Shown here: positions 14,001 through 27,612 of the stretch, piece by piece
Numbering within the stretch: position 1 is the stretch's first letter
Layout of the letters: every line of letters begins with the position of its first letter
Assembly: GCF_036321535.1 (NCBI RefSeq)
Contig: NC_087447.1
Coordinates: 42,162,001 to 42,226,000 of the forward strand
Origin: Camelus dromedarius
Lineage: Eukaryota
Direction: 5' to 3'
DNA length: 64,000 nt
Made by a program: the position numbers and the translations under genes
The notes under the pieces: model-generated
What the model was told of the DNA's origin: nothing
The model's input: only the letters and a program-made list of their open reading frames with translations
Databases searched by the model: none

Positions 14001-16329
14001 TATCATAGAGTATACTAAAATTGCATTCAAAATGAATATAGTCTCAAACTATAAAGTATGTCCTAAGGAAGTACTATTCATGAATCCAAGTTTAAAAGCA
14101 AGTAAAGAATGTGTTTCTGAAGATCTCTTTCCCCACCATTAGCCTATTGCTATCTACTTCAGCAGCTAAAAAGTAGATTTTAACACAACTAGAAAAAGCT
14201 TAACTTAAAACAATAACTTAGTTTAGTATCCCTCTGTATTCCAGCCTGAAAAACAGAGTCACAGCAAATCCATATGACAACTAAAAAAATGAGATACCGT
14301 CTAACAATCCAATTACAAATTAAACTAATATAGCTGATGACTTGTATGGGGATGCACGACTGAGTGTGGGTGTGAAAACTTGTCCAGCTGCAACTCAGGT
14401 GGGGAGCCAGAAAGGCCACAACTGGAGCCAAAGAGACAGAGGTCCCCTGGAGAGGGTGAACAGATTGCCAGGAAGAAGCCCAAGGAGATTACAGGGAATG
14501 TGGGAGGAAGAGGGGAAAAAATCAAGGTCAGGAAAGTGAGACAGAGGTGCTTCTCTGTTTTTTGGAGGGCATGAAAGGGAAGGTACTTTGATGAAGATCA
14601 GATATTGACCTGCAATGACCTCATGCCCAATTGTTTTAACAAGGAAACATCACTGTGACTAGAGGATAACTCTTTTCATAACATTCCTATTTCTATTAAA
14701 AACCACATCCTTAGTTGAAATTTGAGAGATTTCTGACTTTGTCCTTTCCATTTCTCTTCACACCCAATGATGGGTTGAAGTGTGTGGACAGCAAAGTTTC
14801 TTTCTCCTCCTTCCACCATCACTCCCCTTTGCTCCATACCCCCACCCCCTCCTTTGCTCATCCTCACCACCTCCAGCCCTCCATTACTTCTCCTCTGAGC
14901 TATTTCAATGGTTTCCTAATTCTAATCTGCTCAATCTGTTCCAATCCACTACATATGCCACTACCTAAGTGACTCCCTAAAGTGCAATTCTGATCATGGC
15001 CCATCAGTCCTCAGAAAACTTAAAGGTCCAATGGCATCTATTTAACTACCTTGGCCTCAAAGCCCTTGATGCATCAACCCCAGTCTAATTCTACAGCTTT
15101 ATCACTAGCAATAACTCCTTCTTAACATACACACCATACTCATATGCTACACACCAATCAAAATAAGTTACACAGAAGTCCCTATAAATACCTGATTAAT
15201 TCCTGTCACCTACAATAGTTCACAGGGATCCTGTAGAGATAAAAGCAGTCAACAAATATCCATTCAAAGGAAGAATGAATGAATAAATGAATAGAATGGG
15301 TTTAATCCTCCCCCATTTCTACATAATCATATCCTAGCTTTCTTCAGAGGTCATTTCAAGTTTTTCATGAAGTAATTACAACAGTAAAAAGTACTGGTCT
15401 CTTCCTCTAAAATCTCATGGCCTCTTATCTTCTATCACATTCAACATCTTCTACCCAATAGTATTTCTGTACTTCTTATCTCAACCACCAGACCTTACAT
15501 TTTTTAAGGCTAGGGTAATTGTCTGAGTAATATAATCTCTATATATACACAGAGAGAGAGAGAGAGATTAAGAGACAGACTTCCCTAATGGTTGCTATTC
15601 TTTTAGTTTGCCTACCAAAATTTAACTCTTTGAAGGCAAAAATGTATTTCTTTTTTCCTCACCTTTACTACTGTATCACCCTTAGAATTAGGCACAGTAT
15701 CCAACACATGAATTGTCACCATTCACTGTGTCGAAAATTGTGAAGGTAATTCCATAAGACAAGTGTCAAAAGTATTTTAGAATGCCCATATAGTTTTCCA
15801 AAGTGACAAATTTTAACCTCATTTTGGATATGTAATTTTTAGTCTATTTAATAAGCCAATCAAATGATATTTCCTCCAAAGAGATATTACCTCTTAAGAG
15901 TGTAAAAATACTAATCTTTTTATGAAATTAGCATGGTACATTACACAGAATATACACAAAAAGTTATTTATGAACGCATGAATGAATGAACAAATAAAGG
16001 CAAAAACTCTACTCCTAGCCAATGGATCAATGAACATTGAACTTGAGGGTCAAAACTCCCAGAAGGAGACAACTAAATAGAAACTTCTAAATATTTCCAA
16101 TTTCAGAAGCACTGGCAAGATGAACAGAATGAAATCAACCCCAAAATCTCTCAGTTAAGCAGACAAAAGAGATAAAACACAACTGCACATTTGTATTATC
16201 AACATCTTGTGGGTGAAAGCCATGAACCAGAATTTAATACTTCCTGCCAAGCTTGCAGTCAAGTATCCTCTGGACACTTTTTCTATAAGCAGCCACAAAG
16301 ACAATTTTGAATGTTGCATAACAAAAGTA

Positions 16330-17025
16330 ATAGAAAATAATTCGTTTCTGCCATCAATTGAAAGAGAAAAAAAGTAGAATAACAAACAGAAACCAAGTAG
16401 TACAATGGTAGCACTAAATCTAACCATATCAATAACTAAATGTAACTGATCTAAACACACCAATTAAAAAACAGATGGTCACAATGGATTAAAAAAAAAT
16501 AAGACCCAATTACATGTTATCTTCAAAAAACTCACTTTGAATATAAAGGTATAGGTAAATTAAAAGTAAAAACAGTAAAGAGTAAAATGCAGCTCTATTT
16601 ATAATCATTCAAAAGTGGAAATAACACATATATTCTTCCAGGGTGAATGGATTAACTATGGTACATCTATTCAATGGAGTATTACTTAGCATTAAAAAGA
16701 ATTACTGACACACACAACAACATGGATGAATCTCAAAGGCATTATGATGAGTAAAAGATGCCAGTGTCAAAGGATCCATACTGTAAGACTCCATTTTTTT
16801 ATGACATTGTGGAGAAAACAGAACTATAGCAATTCAGAACATTTCACTGATTGTCAGCAGTTGAGGAAGAGGGGGAAGCACGAGGGAACTTTTGGCGATG
16901 ATGGAACTGATGGACCCTTGATTTTGGTATTAGTTATACAGATGTATATGTTAAAACTCATAGAACCATCCACTAAAAAAGTCAATGGTACTGTATGTTA
17001 ATTTTAAAAATACAGTCAAATAAAG
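16330..17025 (+). mobile_element. Old L1 fragments (ORF2 start joined to 3' end)
   Basis: Endonuclease-start-like words (caccaattaaaaaacaga, aagacccaattacatgttatcttcaa) followed by an L1MB/MC-like 3' region (atggatgaatctcaaaggcattatg). Confidence 0.65.
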
Positions 17026-17799
17026 ATTAAGTGGATGATCTCCATGGATCATTCCAGACTATGATTTTATGAATGAGAAAAAGAGGAGGAGGGTAAAAGG
17101 AAGACAGGCAGAATGCTAAGTCCTCCTGTCATAAAAGCCACTGGTCATCAAGAACCTCCTGATTACTGCACAAAACATACAAAGCAAACTCAATCTTCAG
17201 AAATTCATTCTCAGAGGAGGCTAAGAAAACCAGACATTCAGATCCAAAATGTGTATATTTTAAAATGCCTATGAATGGCTCTTCTTGTCTGTTTCCGTAT
17301 TTTACACTTTCAAGAAGCGGCCAATTTCTCCTGGCTAAGTGCCACTTGCTCTGCTTGGGGTTACTCAATTTATAAGCATTTCTTTATTTATACCTTATAG
17401 TCTCACTTAATGACGGGGTCTCTGGCAGTCACAATGAAGACTGCAAAGGCAGTTGCTTTTACAGGGTGCCAGAAAGATCAGAGTTCCTCACCCGGAACTA
17501 AGGTTCCTGTGAGACAAGGCACACCCTTGACTCGTTCCAGACCTGAGGACGCCAGGTCTTCCTCACTAGTCGGAAAGCATGCCCCACCGCCAAAGCACCC
17601 CAAAGGAGGAGGCCTCTGGGGACCAGGCTCTGGGGCACTTCTCTCTTCTCAGGCCTGTCTGGCTCCCTGGGGTGCAGCTGGCCGTTCTGAGGACTGCCCC
17701 GGTGCAGAGAGTGCGCCTTAGAAGGCTCTGCACAGTCACCTTGGGCAAGTTCCTTTCTCTCCCAGAGTAAGGAGGAAACTCCGGATAAGTTTCCTAAGG

Positions 17800-18720
17800 G
17801 AGCTTCCCACCGCCCTCTCCGAGTCTGAAACTTTCTGGGCCTCGAGCACCAACAGGGAGCCTGGCTCGCCCCTCACAGCCCTCACCGCCGCCGTCCCTTG
17901 CTCATGCGGAGCCTTGAGAGGACTAGCGCACGGTCCCGAAATCAAGAGGGAGGCAAAAAAGTGCCAAATCCGGGTCTCTGGCCCCTCCATCCCCGAGCAG
18001 GCCGCCCCGCCGCATTCCGGCCCGCCACTCCCTGTGGTCCCCGCCCGCCTGTCCGTTTCCAGCCGTGATTAGTTGAGCGCGCGCCGGAGAGGACCGAGTT
18101 GGGGGCTGGGACGGGGGAGCGCCCACCTTGAGCTGGGACTTGGAGACCTTGCCGCTGTGGTCCAGGTCGAGCGCGGTGAAGGCGTGCCAGATGGCTTTAA
18201 GCAGCTCGTCCTTCAAGCCCCCCATGGCCACGGCCCTGCTACCCCGACTGCCGCCACTGCCCCACCAGCTACTCCGCGCGTCTGACACCCCTCGACCTCT
18301 ATCGCCACCGCCCGCTGCGCCGTCACCTGACCGCGGCAGGCCCCGCCCCCTCCAGGCCCCGCCCACTGGGCGCCCGCTGGGAAGCTCGCTCCGTGGCTGC
18401 AGCGCGGGGTCGGGTGCTCTGCAACTCCCTTCTGGTGGGAATGCCAGGTCTTCTTTCCCGGGTAGGACGGCAAGGGCCACCACTCATCCCCCTAGTTCTC
18501 CCCGGACCAGCTCGGGCCATTTTCGGTGTTCGCATGCCCCCCAAACAGGAGCCCCTATCCCGAGGAAAACTGTGAGAGTCGGGGTGAGCAGAAGTCCCCG
18601 GGTCCAGCCGCCGTCCCGCTGTGAAGAAGGGAGCCCCGGTCCTGCCCTGGGGACGTGGTCACTGTCTGAGGATACCAGACAAGATCCCCAAAAGTCCCCG
18701 GGCACGGGCTCAAAGCTCAC
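17800..18720 (-). promoter_or_regulatory. SWAP70: SWAP70 CpG-island promoter and 5' UTR
   Basis: High GC and CpG density around exon 1, with tandem GC boxes (GGCCCCGCCCC, GGCCCCGCCC) at about 18339-18364. Boundaries are approximate. Confidence 0.85.
18127..18225 (-). CDS. SWAP70: SWAP70 coding exon 1 (33 codons, [33 protein letters not shown])
   Basis: The translation matches the EF-hand-like N-terminus of SWAP70. ATG at 18225-18223 is in a strong Kozak context (GCCATGG). The exon ends AAG|GTGGGC (phase 0) and lies in a CpG island. Confidence 0.97.
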
Positions 18721-19974
18721 AGTCTCTAGTGTCAGAGGGTGGGGAGAGGAAGGAGAAGCAGGGAAAGGCCTAGAGGGAAGTTGGTTCATTCCTTTCACAA
18801 ACTTTTTTTCTTGTTGCCTACTGTGTAGTGGACTCCGGTGGGGCACAGAGATGAGGTTTAAGGTGGAAGAATCAGGTATAAGTCAGAGGGTCAGGCAATC
18901 TCTTTTCTAACTCTAAGCTTTTGAAGGTCAGTTCACAATTGAGGCAGGGTTTGATGTGAGTAATGCTGCTGTTCTCTGGTGTTTCTGTGCTTGCATAATA
19001 GGAGGCCCAGAAGGACTCCAGCAAATCACTCCACCCATCTTACTAATCAGAATGGGTGGACCATTTGAAAGAACCTATCCAAGCCCAGAAGAGCGTCCTC
19101 CTCGTTGTAGAGATATTCATTTAGTATCTGCTAACTGTGGTCACTTGAGCTCTTTGGGCTTCAAATTCTCCACGTATGAAACGAGCATGGTTGCTCCAGA
19201 CGTCCTGGAGGCATTCTCTAGTGCTTGCATCCTAGGATAATGACTATTGCTGGCTGATGCCAATCTGATTAAGTCACTAGGCACAATATGAAGGAAAAAA
19301 CAAATACCAAGAGTTTTCGAAAGGAGATGGTTCTCAGATGAAGTTTGGTTTTGCTTTCTTCTTTTATGTTCCTAAATGCAAATAGATGCACTTTATTAAA
19401 AGGAAAAGAGCATCATAAGGAAGGGGGATTTGGAAAGAGCAGAAAAGTAAGGAGCTGCTTCAGTGAGCTTGAGGCCAAAGGGAACTTGGTGAGCCAAAGG
19501 AAGGGATGGCCCAGTTGGGGGGAAGGGGCAGAAGCAGGGGAACTGTCAGTCTCACTGTGAGGGCCCTAGAAGCCCTGCCCACTCCACCATTTGTCAGGAC
19601 TCTTCTTGTCCTGCCAGAATCCAGTTTCTATCATTGGTATTCCTCAACTCCAGCTCAAGTCTGCCGGTCAGCCAGAGCACATGATTTAACCTCTCATTTC
19701 TTCAAGCCAACTCAGCTTTTCCTGGGTAGTGACAAAAAAGAAACCCTCCTAATTTTCAACATTCAGATTAACCACTAGATGACACTCCTCCTTCTCTCTC
19801 AGTATCTGGAAGTGCCAAAAAGACATTTCAAAGCTTGGGGGGGAGGGGTCACATGACCAGTACATTCTGAACTTCCAATTCCTACTTCTTCCACAATCCC
19901 CTTTCTCACAACCTGAACAAATTATTAAAAGCAAAATAATGTCATGGAAGGAGCTGTGCTTTGGAACTTAACAG

Positions 19975-20493
19975 ATTATATTAATTATGTATTGCTGCCT
20001 AACCAATTAACCAAAAATTTATCAGCTTAAAACGATAATAAACATTTCATATTTTCTATGGGGTCGGAATTTAGAAGCCCTTTAGCCATATAGTTCTGGC
20101 TTGAGGTCTCTTGAGAGGTTTCGGTCAGGACATGGGACTGCAGTCACCTGAGGCAAGGCAGGTGCTGTAGAAATTACTTGCAGGACGGTTCACCCACATG
20201 GACTTGTTCGCAAAAGGCCTCAGTTCCTCCCTATGTGCATCTGCCCACAGGCCACTTGAGTGTCCTTACAACATGTCAGCTGGCTTTTCCCAGAGCAAGT
20301 GATTCAAGGAAGAGAAGGTAGAAGTTGCAATGTCTTTTATGATCCTGCCTCAAAAGTCACTTATCATCATTTCTGCAATATTTAACTGATTACTCAGGTC
20401 AGATCTACTTAAGGTGGGAAGGGGAACTACAAAAGAGCATAAATGTCAGTAGGCAAGAATCACTGGAGCCCCATCTTGAAGCTGGCTACCACA
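19975..20493 (-). mobile_element. MaLR LTR (MLT1-family)
   Basis: Starts tattgctgcctaaccaattaaccaaaaatttatcagcttaaaac and ends gaagctggctaccaca. Confidence 0.65.
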
Positions 20494-20685
20494 CAGATGT
20501 AGGACAGAATCCCAGCTCGACCATTTGCTTATCTGTGAGCAAATATGAGGCTTCATTTCTTCGTATGTAAAATGAGGATGCTAATATTTATCTTGCAAAA
20601 TTCCTATGAAGTTTAGATGAGGCACTAGTTCAGATGAGGCACAGACAGCATCATGGTACCTGGCAACTGTTGATATTTGGCTCAT

Positions 20686-21500
20686 GTGGTGGATTTGCAC
20701 CATGTCAATTTAACTAAACTGAAATTTAGTTTCCCAAATTTCCCTTCCCAGTCTGGTTCCAGGATAGGACTGGAAGACAAAATGTGTGTAACACCCAGAA
20801 GGAGCAAGTGAAGCAGCAGCTGTTGTGCTCTGAAGATGCCAAGTACTAACTGCAGATTGTAAACTTGTTACCTGCTGGCACACTGTTGGTGCAGAGCAGC
20901 AACTGGCCCCCAGCTCTTCCATCTCCGACCACATCTCCTATTTCAGCTTCTCCAAGCCTCAGGGGCAAGGCACACATGTAGTTCTGTGAGAAAGGCATCA
21001 ACTTCTTCTGCAGACCACCTGCATCATCACCATGAGGGATAGCTAGGGGTTCTGTTTTGTCCTTGTGGGTTCCAGTTATCCTTGTGGATTCTAGTTTGTC
21101 TTCACTGTCCCCAATTCAGTCCGGCTCCTCTTCCTGACTGCTCTCCCTGATGCTTGTCAGTTTCAGGCCCACTTTCAGATGCAGAGGCTACAGTCTTCCA
21201 CAGAATTCTTCACCAGCTTTCCTTTGTGATCCCTGGTTAGACTTTCCTCAGATCATCCAGCCGTCTCCTTCCAGACTTTTTCTTCCCTAGCTTTTCCTGC
21301 AACTGTGTTGTATTTAATCCCTATGATAAATCTGGTATTCTTCAGTGATGCTGCTTCCCTGATCAGCCCTAACTGATACTGACACTGGTGAAGTTAGATA
21401 CTGCTAACAAAAAACATGTGCTATTGGCTTTGGACAGGGGATGGCAGAAGCTTAAAGGATCTCAAGGGAAGGTTTGAAGGACAGTGAGAGATTGTTCCTG
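20686..21500 (+). mobile_element. ERVL LTR (LTR52-like) with adjoining internal sequence
   Basis: Starts tgtggtggatttgcaccatgtcaatttaactaaactgaa...tttcccaaatttcccttccc; LTR end ...ctgatcagccctaactgatac near 21380. Confidence 0.55.
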
Positions 21501-21504
21501 AAGG

Positions 21505-21948
21505 TTGGTGCATCTCCCCAAAATTCATATGTTCAAGTTCTAATCCCCAGTACCTCAGAATGTGATCTTATTTAGAGATGCAGTTTTTATAGAGGTAATC
21601 CACTTAAAATGAGGTCATTAGGGTGGGGCCTCATCCAATATGATTGGTGTCCTTATAAAAAGAGTAAATTTGGACACAAACACACAAGGAGAATGATATA
21701 TGAACATGAAGGCAGAAATCAGGATGATGGGTCTTCAAGCCAGGAAACACCAGAAATTGCCAGCAAATCACCAGAAGCTAGAAGACAGGGATGGAAGAGA
21801 TTCTTCCTCATAGCTCTTAGAAGGAACCAACCATGCTGGTAGCTTGATATTGCATTTCTAGCCTCCAGAACCTTGAGACAATAAATTTCTGTTGTTTAAG
21901 CCACCCAGTTTTGGTACCTTATCATGACACCCCTAGCAACCTAATAGA
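21505..21948 (+). mobile_element. MaLR LTR (MLT1B/MLT1C-like)
   Basis: ccccaaaattcatatgtt..ctaatccccagtacctcagaatgtga...aataaatttctgttgtttaagccacccagt...ctagcaacctaata. Confidence 0.8.
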
Positions 21949-22947
21949 GTTGGACAAAAGGTTATCGGTGGTAAAAAGTTTGGCAACACTGTTGTCTGAG
22001 GTAACAACAAAAACAGAGTACCTAATGAAAAATAGTAAGGATACTTAATGAATCTTGTGGATCTGGCTAAGGAGATTTCCAGTCATGCTGAAATGGCCAA
22101 TTGGCTTCTTCTGTTGGTCTAAGACAAAATAGAAGAAGGGAGTTGAACTATAAAGATGGAATTGTTCAGTTTTCAAGCAGTTAATCTGTGGGACATAATC
22201 TGGCAGCAAGAAACAGAAATGCTGAGTAACTGTGCCTGAATCTGGCAGATGTGAGAGTGGGGTCCGGCCCCTGGTATCCTGGCAGCTGATAACATCTTCA
22301 CAACTGCCACTACCCCACAGCTTTCCTGATAGGAAGCTTCTGTTCCACGGGAAGTTTCATAAACTGATGCGAGGATTTAAGTCCTCAGAACTAGTAGAAA
22401 TTGCAGTCCCCTCAACTGGTGAAAACCATCTCTCTCTGCCCCACGGGGTTACTGTAAGGAACAAGTGAAATAACAGCTGTGAAAGCATGGCATAACTGCT
22501 GAAGCCTATCCAAATGGGAGGGGCAATCGTGACAAACAGGAAGGAGGAGAGTAGTGTTCCTCTGAAATCTTGGGGTTGGGTGGTTTGTTCAAGATGCAAA
22601 AGCAGTAAAATCTGATCTTTTAATTGTAAGAACTGTGTAACGGAGCTAACTCTTAAAGCCTCCTCCGACATGACTGGCTGGAGTTTAGGCTGAGTCTCAC
22701 CCGTGTTCTACAGAAAATCCTGATTTAATAATCTTCCACTGAGACCAAGGCCAGATCTCTGTTGCCCCACAGAATGCATGAAAATTCATGTCAACCTGAC
22801 CCATTAAGACTAGGGATGACGGTAAGAGTCAGGAGAAGCTTCTCAGAGGTGGAGATTGAGTCTTGAGAATTAGCAAAATTCACAGATAGCTGTAGAAGAG
22901 AAGAAAGGGCATTCCAGAAAGAGGTAGCTAGCAGAAGTATGAAAGAA

Positions 22948-22979
<32 letters not shown>

Positions 22980-22989
22980 CAACAACAAC

Positions 22990-23019
<30 letters not shown>
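22948..23019. repeat. Compound (AAT)n(AAC)n(AAT)n microsatellite
   Basis: Directly visible; the source of the poly-L and poly-I pseudo-ORFs. Confidence 0.95.
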
Positions 23020-23020
<1 letters not shown>

Positions 23021-23041
23021 TAGAATCCTACTTTGGCTATA

Positions 23042-23800
23042 TGATATTGTGAGCTGTAATAAATATACATTAAGTCTTAGTCCCATTTCTGACACAGAGC
23101 TCCTAAAACCCTTGGGATTTCCTAAGTGTTGAGAGCCATAAAGGTGTCTTTTGTTAGTTCATGAGATAAATTTTGGAAAGGATGTAAGGATGACGGCTGA
23201 TTGCCAGAGGAACCAACCATCTGACTAGAAGGTTGGAACTTTCAGTCCCATCCCATTTGACCTCTGGGGAGGGGATTGGGGCTACAGATTGATTTCATCA
23301 ATGGCCAATGACTTAATCGTTCCTATGTAATGGAACTTCCATAAAAACCCAAAAGGACGTGAGATTTAGAGAGCTTCCTGGTTGGTGAGCCAGAATGCAT
23401 CCACTGTCAAGCCTCAAATTCCACGGAAACATAAGCTCCTGTTTTCGGGAGCTCACCCTATGTTTCTCTTCATCTAGCTGTTCATTTGTATCCTTTAATA
23501 TATTTTGTGATAAACTGGTAATCTAGTAAGTAAACTGGTTTCCTGAGTTTTGTGAGCTGCTCAATCAAACCCCCAAGGAGGGCATCATGGAAACCTCTGA
23601 TTTATAGCCAGTGGGTCAGAAGCACAGGTAGCAATTTGGACTTCGAATTGGCATCTTAAGTCTGGCGAGTCTTGAAGGACTGAGCCTGTAACCTATCTGA
23701 TGCTAACTCTAGATGGATAGTGTCAGGATTGACACCAGCTGGTGTTGGAGGATTACTTGGTGTAGGGAAAACACCCACACATCAGAATTGGTGTCAGAAT
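23042..23800 (+). mobile_element. MER21-like ERVL LTR
   Basis: cacagagctcctaaaacccttgggatttcctaagtg...aggttggaactttcagtccca...ggtcagaagcacaggt. Confidence 0.7.
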
Positions 23801-24135
23801 CATAGGCTAAGATTCCCTGATCGTTGCAGTCAGAAAAGTGATCCAGGAGAGAGGGTTTTTTAAGGAGAAATTGAATGGCCAAAAGCTGGGCACACCCACA
23901 AAATGAGTATTGAAATCTGAAAGGACTAGACAGAAAGGAGGGAAATCTGGTGTAAAAGCAGTAGTGCAGAAATTAGGGTGATCAACCAAATGAAAGCTCC
24001 AAAACCAAAGCTGGAGGCAGAGCCTGAAGAAGTGCCTGAATTTATACATAGTTCCTGAAGTTGGAGTCAAGCGTGTGACCTGAGCGCTTATGGGTAATGC
24101 CCAGCCTAGGATTTTCTCTTCAACAAGGTATTAGG

Positions 24136-24557
24136 TATTAAAGAGAAAAACCACAGGCCCAAAATAGCATCACTTGTGCTAAAGCCCAGGATAACAAACT
24201 CAGACTTAATTTCTAATCTAATTGCAGTTTTGACCTTCCTCAGAAATGTAATTTTAACCAACCAGTCTGGAATTTTCTGGTCAGTACCTATGAGATCATC
24301 TGTCACACAGGCCCTCTCCAGCACTTGCCATTCCCTTCCCCTCAAAAAGAATATGTCCTGGCCTAGAAATAATCTTTTCTTTCTTTTGCTAATAGCTCCC
24401 ATACCCCATCCTTCTTCCCATAAAAACTTTCCATTTTGTAGAACCCCTTGGAGGGCCCATCTAGTTGCCAGGTGGGATGCTGTCCAGTTCATGAATCTTT
24501 GAATAAAGCCAATTAGATCTTAAAATATACTTGGGTGAATTTTGTTTTTTTTTAACA
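24136..24557 (+). mobile_element. ERV1-class solo LTR (MER34/MER39-like)
   Basis: Ends gaataaagccaattagatcttaaa...aattttgttttttttttaaca, i.e. a poly(A) signal and a CA terminus. Confidence 0.65.
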
Positions 24558-25379
24558 GAGATGAGTGAACAAGATCAGCTAGAGAGAGTTGAAATTAAGA
24601 TGAGACAGGGGTCTAGGGAAGAATCCCAGGGAAAACCAAAATTTAAGGAGTGATTAAAGAGGAGCCCATGAAAGAGGCTAAGAAAGTGCCAACAGAGAGC
24701 TCTGAAGTCTCCCTAGCCCCCAGAACCCTGCACAGCCCCCCTTCAGAGTGCCCCTCCTCCTTGAGTTACTTCCTGATCCTTCCCCTCCACTCTCTCCATC
24801 AAAACTCCCCTTCCCCTGAGAGTAGGAAAGCAATCTAAGCAATCCACACCTGGGACTGAATGGCCCACGCTCGCTATCTTCATCCAGTCCTGGATGGTTA
24901 ACTTGTAAATTCCTGTCTAATAGATGAAATTTCGGCCTATGTGGCCTGGGAATGGTTCTAAAGAAAGCTTCAGCTGTGGCTCCCCTGGCCATTTACTTCA
25001 GCTTGGGGCAGGGAAGCAGAGACAGTTGGAAGCACCTGTGAAGCCCCTCTGATGCCCTAATCCAGTGAAACTCATGTGGTTCCCTCGAACCCCAACACTT
25101 TTCTCTAATGGGGGAAGTCCACAGTTTGAATCTGCTGGAAACCTCTGAGAGCCACATATATATAGAAATTCTGGGAGCTGGGACAAGCCAAACACTATCC
25201 TATGTCCAGTTCAGCTACAGGCAGAATACCCTTCTTCCTTTTCCCCTTTTATTGACTCTCATGAAGAACAGAGCAACTCAGAGCTCAGACTCCACACAGG
25301 AAGTCGATGGGGAGAGTAGTACAGAAGAGGTCATTTCTATCCAGCTTCTCCCGCTGTAGAGGCATCAAAAAGCCTTTGT

Positions 25380-26228
25380 TCCAGCATAGCCATTACGGCA
25401 AACAGTATGGAGGTTTTTGGAAAAATAAAAATAAAAAATAGAACAACCTTATGATCTAGCAATCTCACTCTGGGTTTATATCCAAAGAAAAAGAAGTCAG
25501 TATCTTGAAGAGGTATCTACACTCCCATGTTCATTGCAGAATTATTCACAGCAGCCAAGATAACAGAAACAACCTAAATGTCCATCGATGGGGAGTGGGT
25601 AAAGAACATAATATATATATGCATGTATATATGTATTTACATACATATACAATGGAATATTATTCAGCCTTTACAAAGAAGGAAATCTTGACATTTGCAA
25701 CAACATGGATGAATTTAGAAGACATTATGATAAGTGAAATAAGTCAGACACAAAAAGACAAATACTGCTTGATCTCACATTTATGTGACTCTAATATAGT
25801 CAAATTCATAGAAGTTAAGAGGAGAATGATAGTTGCCAGGAGCTGGGGATAGAAAAGTAAAGAAATATTGGTCAAGGGTACAAAGTTTCAGTTTTGCAAG
25901 ATGAATAAGTTCTGGAGATCTGATGTACAGAAATGTGAATATAGTTAACAGTACTGTATTGTATACTTGAGATTTGCTAAGAGGATAACCCTTAAGTGTT
26001 TTCCCCACCAAAAAAAAAAAAAAATGGTAACTGGAAACTATGTGAGGTGATGCATATGTTAATTAGCTTGATTATAGCAATTATTTCACAATTATATATA
26101 TCAAATATCATTATCGAAACATGTCATTTATCAAAACATCAAGGCATATACTTTAAAAATGTACTATTTTTTGGTCAATTACACTTCAATAAAGATGGAG
26201 GGAAAAGCAGCAATATTAAAAAAAAAAA
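25380..26228 (+). mobile_element. L1 3' portion (L1MA-like)
   Basis: ORF2 C-terminal remnants (MEYYSAFTKKEILTFATTWMNLEDIMISEISQTQKDKY), then 3' UTR and A-rich tail. Confidence 0.85.
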
Positions 26229-26825
26229 CCTTCCATCGTTCACCCTCTTCCTTTCTCCCTCCATGCCTTCCTTCCCTTCTCTCTTCCTCTCTTCCTTCCA
26301 CAAATAAGTGAGCATCTTCTCTGCATCAAGTATTGTGCCAGACCCTGGGAATAAAACAATGAACATCCCTCATGGACTTAGCATTGGGTGGAGGTCCTGT
26401 CCCTTCTGCTGATGACCTGAAGAGACCACGCCTGGTGAGTGCTGCGGAGTTACAACTCCAGGACTATCAGTGGGTCCTCAGAATAGCTTCCTACTCCCTC
26501 CTGTATTTCTGATCTTTCACCATCTCTCCCATCCGCTAACCTTTGATGTATTAGTAGGATCATCCAAAGATATTACTTCCCAGGAAACAAAGCACTGAGT
26601 CTGTACAGTCAACTTTCTTTCTTTATGACATTTGATTGATGTATCATCTTATAGCACATTTTCTGACCCCCTTTCTACCTGGTTATTCTGTGACCATCAG
26701 GTTAATCATTTTTTCCTATTCTTAGTACAATTTCTACTTTTTACATAATTCTTTGGCTTACTCTTGTTCCCTGTATACATTCTTCCCTTGTTACACTGAA
26801 AGAAATATTTACTTATACTTTATAC

Positions 26826-27070
26826 TGTTGGAGAAGGGGGAAATTCCCCCATCACCTCTCTTGAACTCCTGTGGGACTAATAATAAAATTGACACAAAAT
26901 AGATGTCACAAATAGACACAAATCTATTATTTTCTGCTTTCAGGAAGTCAAAAAGGAGGATTAGAGTGTCCCTCTTACATTGGCCACTTCTTAAATAACT
27001 TTAATTCAAAATAATCTATATACCATTGAGGCTTATTTGGGGGTGGCCTGTCCTGAGTCCCAGCAAGACA
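26826..27070 (-). mobile_element. Short ERV1-like LTR fragment
   Basis: Ends ...ttcaaaataatctatatacca..gaggcttatttgggggtggc, a common ERV1 LTR terminus in reverse orientation. Confidence 0.45.
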
Positions 27071-27459
27071 CAAAATATACTTACGAAAAGAAACAAAGCG
27101 GCCAAAAATATTAGCAACTACTTTAAAAATAGTAGTTTAAATATATTTTATTATATTTAGCCTCCTTTTGTGTTATAATTACCTTTTCATATACTTCTTT
27201 AAAACTTTTCACTTTGACTCATGGACTTTACAAATGTTATAATTAATTGTAATTATTATTCTTTCTTGATGCTCAAAAGAATCACAACATGGCTTCATCG
27301 TCTAATCAGCACTATTTCAAACATTTTTGGAAGCATCCTTTTCTTGGATGTTACAAGCTCCTCCTGGTTTTTCCCTATTTCAAGATGTGAAATTGGCTAT
27401 GCTTTTAAAAGCCATGGCTTTTTTTAAGGAGCATAGCAGAATCCAAAATCTGGATTTTT

Positions 27460-27612
27460 AGAGGGGAGGAGGGTATAGCTCAGTGGCAGAGTGTCTGCCT
27501 AACATTTATGAGGTCCTGGGTTCAATCTCTAGTACCTCCATTAAATAAAAAAAAAACAAATAAACCTAATCACCCCTGCAATAAAAGTAAAAAAATAAAT
27601 AAAGAATGGGAT
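27460..27612 (+). mobile_element. tRNA-derived SINE (camelid vic-1-like)
   Basis: A box (tagctcagtggcag), B box (ggttcaatct) and A-rich tail; 15-bp TSD caaaatctggatttt at 27444-27458 and 27613-27627. Confidence 0.85.

Larger units (their letters stand above)
817..18126 (-). other. SWAP70: SWAP70 intron 1 (17,310 nt, GT-AG)
   Basis: Bounded by the exon 1 donor and exon 2 acceptor; filled with MIR, L2, L1 and DNA-transposon remnants. Confidence 0.9.

Noticed and set aside
17923..18483. 186-aa minus-strand ORF as a complete protein
   Set aside because: Only 18127-18225 is SWAP70 coding; the rest is 5' UTR/promoter and intron read-through.
18128..18910. 260-aa plus-strand ORF antisense to SWAP70 exon 1
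   Set aside because: Pro/Ser/Arg-rich low-complexity product typical of stop-poor CpG islands; no recognisable domain.
22791..23070. Poly-Leu and poly-Ile ORFs resembling signal peptides
   Set aside because: Translation of an (AAT)n/(AAC)n microsatellite.
27460..27545. Possible tRNA genes (also at 48386, 48654, 54936, 60480)
   Set aside because: A-rich tails, TSDs and divergent stems identify them as SINEs, not functional tRNAs.
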